A program made the position numbers and the translations under genes. The notes beneath the pieces are model-generated. The model made no database searches, had not been told where the DNA came from, and saw nothing but the letters and a program-made list of their open reading frames with translations. A stretch of DNA of 64,000 bases from Octopus sinensis (lineage: Eukaryota), in contig NC_043002.1 in the NCBI RefSeq assembly GCF_006345805.1, positions 78,554,001 to 78,618,000 on the forward strand. Direction: 5' to 3'. Below are positions 60,368 to 64,000 of this stretch, piece after piece (positions within the stretch are counted from its first letter, which is position 1; each line of letters begins with the position of its first letter).

Positions 60368-60539
60368 GGTAGGCCCCACACCAGATGGCTGAGTGTGATT
60401 AAGGAAGATCTTCCAGAGGTTCAACATCATCTTTGAGGATGCAGAGGGGCTGGCACAGTACTGTCAGAGATGGAAGACCCTGGTGAACTTGGCTGGTTCT
60501 ATACATGATGATGTCCCTGAGACCATTAACCAGGGATGA
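60368..60539 (+). mobile_element. RTE-clade 3' terminal fragment (different family)
   Basis: GRPHTRWLSVIKEDL.RFNIIFEDAEGLAQYCQRWKTLV, resembling GRPRTRW...DL...A.DR..WR.LV. Confidence 0.65.
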
Positions 60540-60853
60540 CCCCAGCCTCATTAAGCAAGAGTGGGAGTGAGTGAGTTAGTAAGTGGATAGATAAAGGGCA
60601 TCTTCCAGGGAAAAGGTTTCTCAGAAGAAATGTTGTGAAATTGAATATAGGTGCAAACATAGCAGTATGGTAAGAAGCTTGCTTTCCAACCACATGGTTC
60701 CAGGTTCAGTCCCTTGTGTGGCACCTTTGGTAAGTGTCTTTCACTATAGTTTTGGGTAACTAAAGCCTTGTGAGTGAATTTGGTGCTCAGAAACTGAAAG
60801 AAGCCTGTCAGTGGCTGTGTAGGCACAGGAGTGGCTGTGTGGTAAGTAGCTTG

Positions 60854-61591
60854 TGATATATATAAAGACCCGGGAGCTGAGGGAGAAAAAGAGGACCCGT
60901 TGTGTACACTACAGAAACCTCACTCTCTCGCGGCCCAGGGATAAAAGAAAAAAAGAAAAAAGAGAAACGGGACGCCGCCGGCGGATTGTGACATGCGGAC
61001 GGCGTCTCCCGAGTCTCCTCAGGCAGGTGTGCCGCCGGAGGATAAATATGTGGTCCTCTTCTACAAAGGAGGAACCATTGAAAATGAGATAAGAAAAATG
61101 AAAAGGAGAGGCCAATGGGAGGGACTTCGGTCCTGCACAGAGGACCCTGAGTGGCCTTCGCAGGTGGCTGCGGAGGTCCTATGGGATAGCGATCAGTGCA
61201 GGATCGTGAATTCCTTCCCGGAGGACTCCTATAGATTTGTACCTGTGTGGTCTTGCTGAGTGGTCTTGCTGAGAACCGGCTGAGTGCTTTAATGAAGCAA
61301 GAAAGCTGGTTGGCCGGGTGACCTGAACTTTTTGTATATTTTGAAGGAACATTGTATCATATTGAAACCTGAACTTTCTGTATATTTTAAAAGAACATTG
61401 TAAGAGGTTTATTGCCTCATTATGATTTGTTGAAAAAAGAACATTGTTTTAGAGAAGTGGAAGTTGGCGGGCGCTTTCATCTTCTCCCATCATCATCTTC
61501 GTTCCATCACCATCATTCATACCATTAATGTCTATGTCCAGCCCGCAAAGCTACATCTGTGTAATGCCCCTGTGGCAAATTAGATAAAATA
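60854..61591. mobile_element. Unclassified GC-rich insertion splitting a family B SINE
   Basis: Flanked by aagtagcttg at 60844-53 and 61592-61601. The SINE head precedes it and the SINE resumes after it. Internal short repeats and an 88-codon ORF. Confidence 0.7.
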
Positions 61592-61970
61592 AAGTAGCTT
61601 GCTTACCAACCACATGGTTCTGGGTTCTTGGGCAAGTGTCTTCTACTATAGCCTCGGGCCGACCAAAGCCTTGTGAGTGGATTTGAAACTGAAAGAAGCC
61701 TGTCGTATATATATATATATGTGTGTGTATATGTTTATGTGTCTGTGTTTGTCCCGCCTCCCACCATCGCTTGACAACCAATGCTGGTGTGTTTACATCT
61801 CCATAACTTAGTGGTTTAGCAAAAGAGACTGATAGAATAAGTACTAGGCTTACAAAGAATAAGTCCTGGGGTTGATTTGTTCAACTAAAGGCAGTGCTCG
61901 AGCATGGCCACAGTCAAATGACTGAAACAAATAAAAGACTAAATGAATATATATATATATATTATATATA

Positions 61971-62050
<80 letters not shown>

Positions 62051-62514
62051 CACATCTATGTGTGTATGCCTTTGTGTCTGTGCTTGTCCCTCACCTGGCA
62101 ACCGGTATTGGTGTGTTTACATCCCTGTGACTTAGTGGTTCAGCAATAGAGACTGATAGAATAAGTACCAGGCTTTGAGAAATAAGTAATAGGTTCAATA
62201 TATTCAACTCAAAATTCTTCAAGACAGGGAGTGGTGAGAGGAGATAAGAAAGCTAGTTCAGGAAGAAGGAGGGCGTTAATATCAAGGGTATTAAGGGTGG
62301 TAGTGGAAGAGGTGGAGAGTTGGGAGGTGAATGATAGGGGTGGGATAGATAGTAATTGAAGGGTAGTCAGTTGTGTTGGATTTGTGTAAAGGCGTAAAAT
62401 TTTAGGGATAATAGCTATAGAATTATTGGAAGTTGAGATAGTAAGAAAAAGAATGGCAATTATTTGAGGGAGAGAAAGTGTCTAATTCAGTGGCAGAGGG
62501 AGATTACTAAGATA

Positions 62515-62975
62515 TCATCATCATCGTTTAACGTCTGCTTTCCCTGCTAGCATGGCAAACCAGATGGCTGCACCAGGCTCCAATCTGATCTGGCAGAGTT
62601 TCTACAGCTGGATGCCCTTCCTAATACCAACCACTCCGAGAGTGTAGTGGATGCTTTTACGTGCCACCGGCACTGGCAATGGCCATGCTCAAATGGTGCT
62701 TTTTATGTGCCACCTGCACAGGAGCCAGTCCAGTGGCACTGGCAATGACCTCGCTTGAATTTTTTTTCACATGCCACCAGCACAAGTGCCAGTAAGTTGA
62801 CACAGGTAACAATCATGCTTGAATGGTGTTTTTTACGTGCCACTGGTATGGAGGCCAGCTTGTTGCTCTGGCAATGATCATGCTTGTATGATACTCTTAG
62901 CGCTCCACTAGCATGGATGCCAGTCATTGGATTTGATTTCGATTTCACTTGCCTCAACAGGTCTTTGCAAGCTGA
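62515..62975 (-). mobile_element. Family A RTE-3'UTR repeat, long form
   Basis: Reverse complement of the 54352 layout. Confidence 0.88.
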
Positions 62976-63222
62976 GTTTAGTGTCCAATGAAGGAAAAGT
63001 ATGCATATGTAGAAAAGTATGAGAGAAGATAGAGGGAGGTGGACAGGGTGGGGGTGGGGGTGAGTTAGTGGTAGAGATAGCAGTGGTTAGTGCATTAATA
63101 ATAATCACTGCTGTTTTACCAACCACTGTAATTGTGAGATAAGAGAGAGAGAGAGATAGAGAGAGAGTGAGTGGTGTGAAAATATACCTTGTTAATATTT
63201 AAGTTTTTATTCATTCTCACAG

Positions 63223-63336
63223 GTTTACTTTCCTTGGAGATGCAGCTTTCAGATGACCCTATTCTTGGAGAGTGGTCTATAAACATTGAAGCAAACGGAC
63301 AGAAAAGGATAAAAAATTTCAAAGTAGAAGAATATG
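63223..63336 (+). CDS. A2M: A2M-like exon 6 (end of MG2)
   Basis: tcacAG/GTaaca, 114 bp, phase 1-1. (G)LLSLEMQLSDDPILGEWSINIEANGQKRIKNFKVEEY(V), which should lead into the conserved VLPKFEV outside the window. Confidence 0.96.
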
Positions 63337-63577
63337 GTAACATATCTTTTCTCTAAATTTCATCAGCATTTTATTAACTTTTGGTAACTCCTTACATACC
63401 TTCTTGAAATAGTTTTTGTCTTATGTTATAAATCTGAAAAAAACCCAAAAAACTTTTACAGTTTTACGTAATAACATATTAACAAGTGGTTTTCTGAACA
63501 TCAGTTAAATATACTAAAATATCCAAGATATATTTTTACTAAATTCTTCAAAATCATGCTTTTCTTTTGTGTAATTA

Positions 63578-64000
63578 TTGGGATGTCTGGAAAGTTTGTG
63601 CTGATTTATGGTAGCTTACCTTTCGACTTATTTTAGAACATGGTTGAGTCCATAAAATAGGATTTGACTACACCTCCATTTAGAGCACAGTTTAAGCTAT
63701 CTTTTTGTGGAAGAAGGTTTATGTTCCTATAACCTGTATTAATTCTCTAACCCTTTAAAATGGAAGATAAGAAAGTTCATTTTCGGCACTTGATGCTTTG
63801 GGAACCAGACAAAAATTGCTGCAGCTCAGCTGGGATGTGTTACTCCCACCCTCCATATTCACCAGATATTGCCCCTTTGGATTTGCACTTATTCAGGTCT
63901 CTGCAGAATAATCTTAATGGTAAAAATTTCAATTCCTTGGATGATGTGAAAAGATACCTTGATGAATTCTTTGCCATGAAACCACCTCAATTTTGGGAAG
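63578..64000 (+). mobile_element. mariner (DD34D-type) deletion derivative, runs off window
   Basis: TA|ttgggatgtctggaaagtttgtgctgatt TIR-like start. ATG 63760 MEDKKVHFRHLMLWE is joined directly to RQKLLQLSWDVL/HPPYSPDIAPLDLHLFRSLQNNLNGKNF (C-terminal motif). Confidence 0.88.

Overview
AT-rich, intron-, SINE- and microsatellite-dense eukaryotic genomic DNA. The repeat families look like those of Octopus (recognised from memory, not from a database search). Two spliced genes lie on the + strand. (1) The last five coding exons of NAA35/MAK10, the NatC auxiliary subunit (2908-20718); its 5' part is upstream of the window. (2) The first six coding exons of an alpha-2-macroglobulin-like thioester-protein family gene (ATG 32120; signal peptide, MG1, MG2; about 214 aa assembled), continuing past the window end. 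All exons have AG/GT boundaries and consistent phases. Most of the remaining recognisable sequence is transposon-derived: Tc1, maT (DD37D), mariner and piggyBac relics, TTAA MITEs, RTE, R4/Dong-like, HERO-like and CR1-like LINE fragments, Penelope-like ends with hammerhead ribozyme motifs, and at least three tRNA-headed SINE families. No intact transposase or RT ORF, rRNA, tRNA gene or CRISPR array was found. Best leads: (a) two inverted hammerhead-bearing Penelope-like ends enclosing a 44-bp copy of local DNA from 1.17 kb upstream; (b) the dominant (GAT)n-tailed interspersed repeat is the 3' UTR of an RTE LINE and carries a copy-number-variable double-hairpin module; (c) a microhomology-joined A..B-A'-B' duplication ending 3 nt before the acceptor AG of A2M exon 2; (d) a near-intact antisense hammerhead in A2M intron 2; (e) a PHD finger inside an RTE ORF; (f) a head-to-tail SINE pentamer with a recurring palindromic junction; (g) an unclassified 738-bp insertion with a 10-bp flanking duplication. 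Repeat boundaries were set by eye (about +/-20 bp); exon and motif coordinates were counted base by base.
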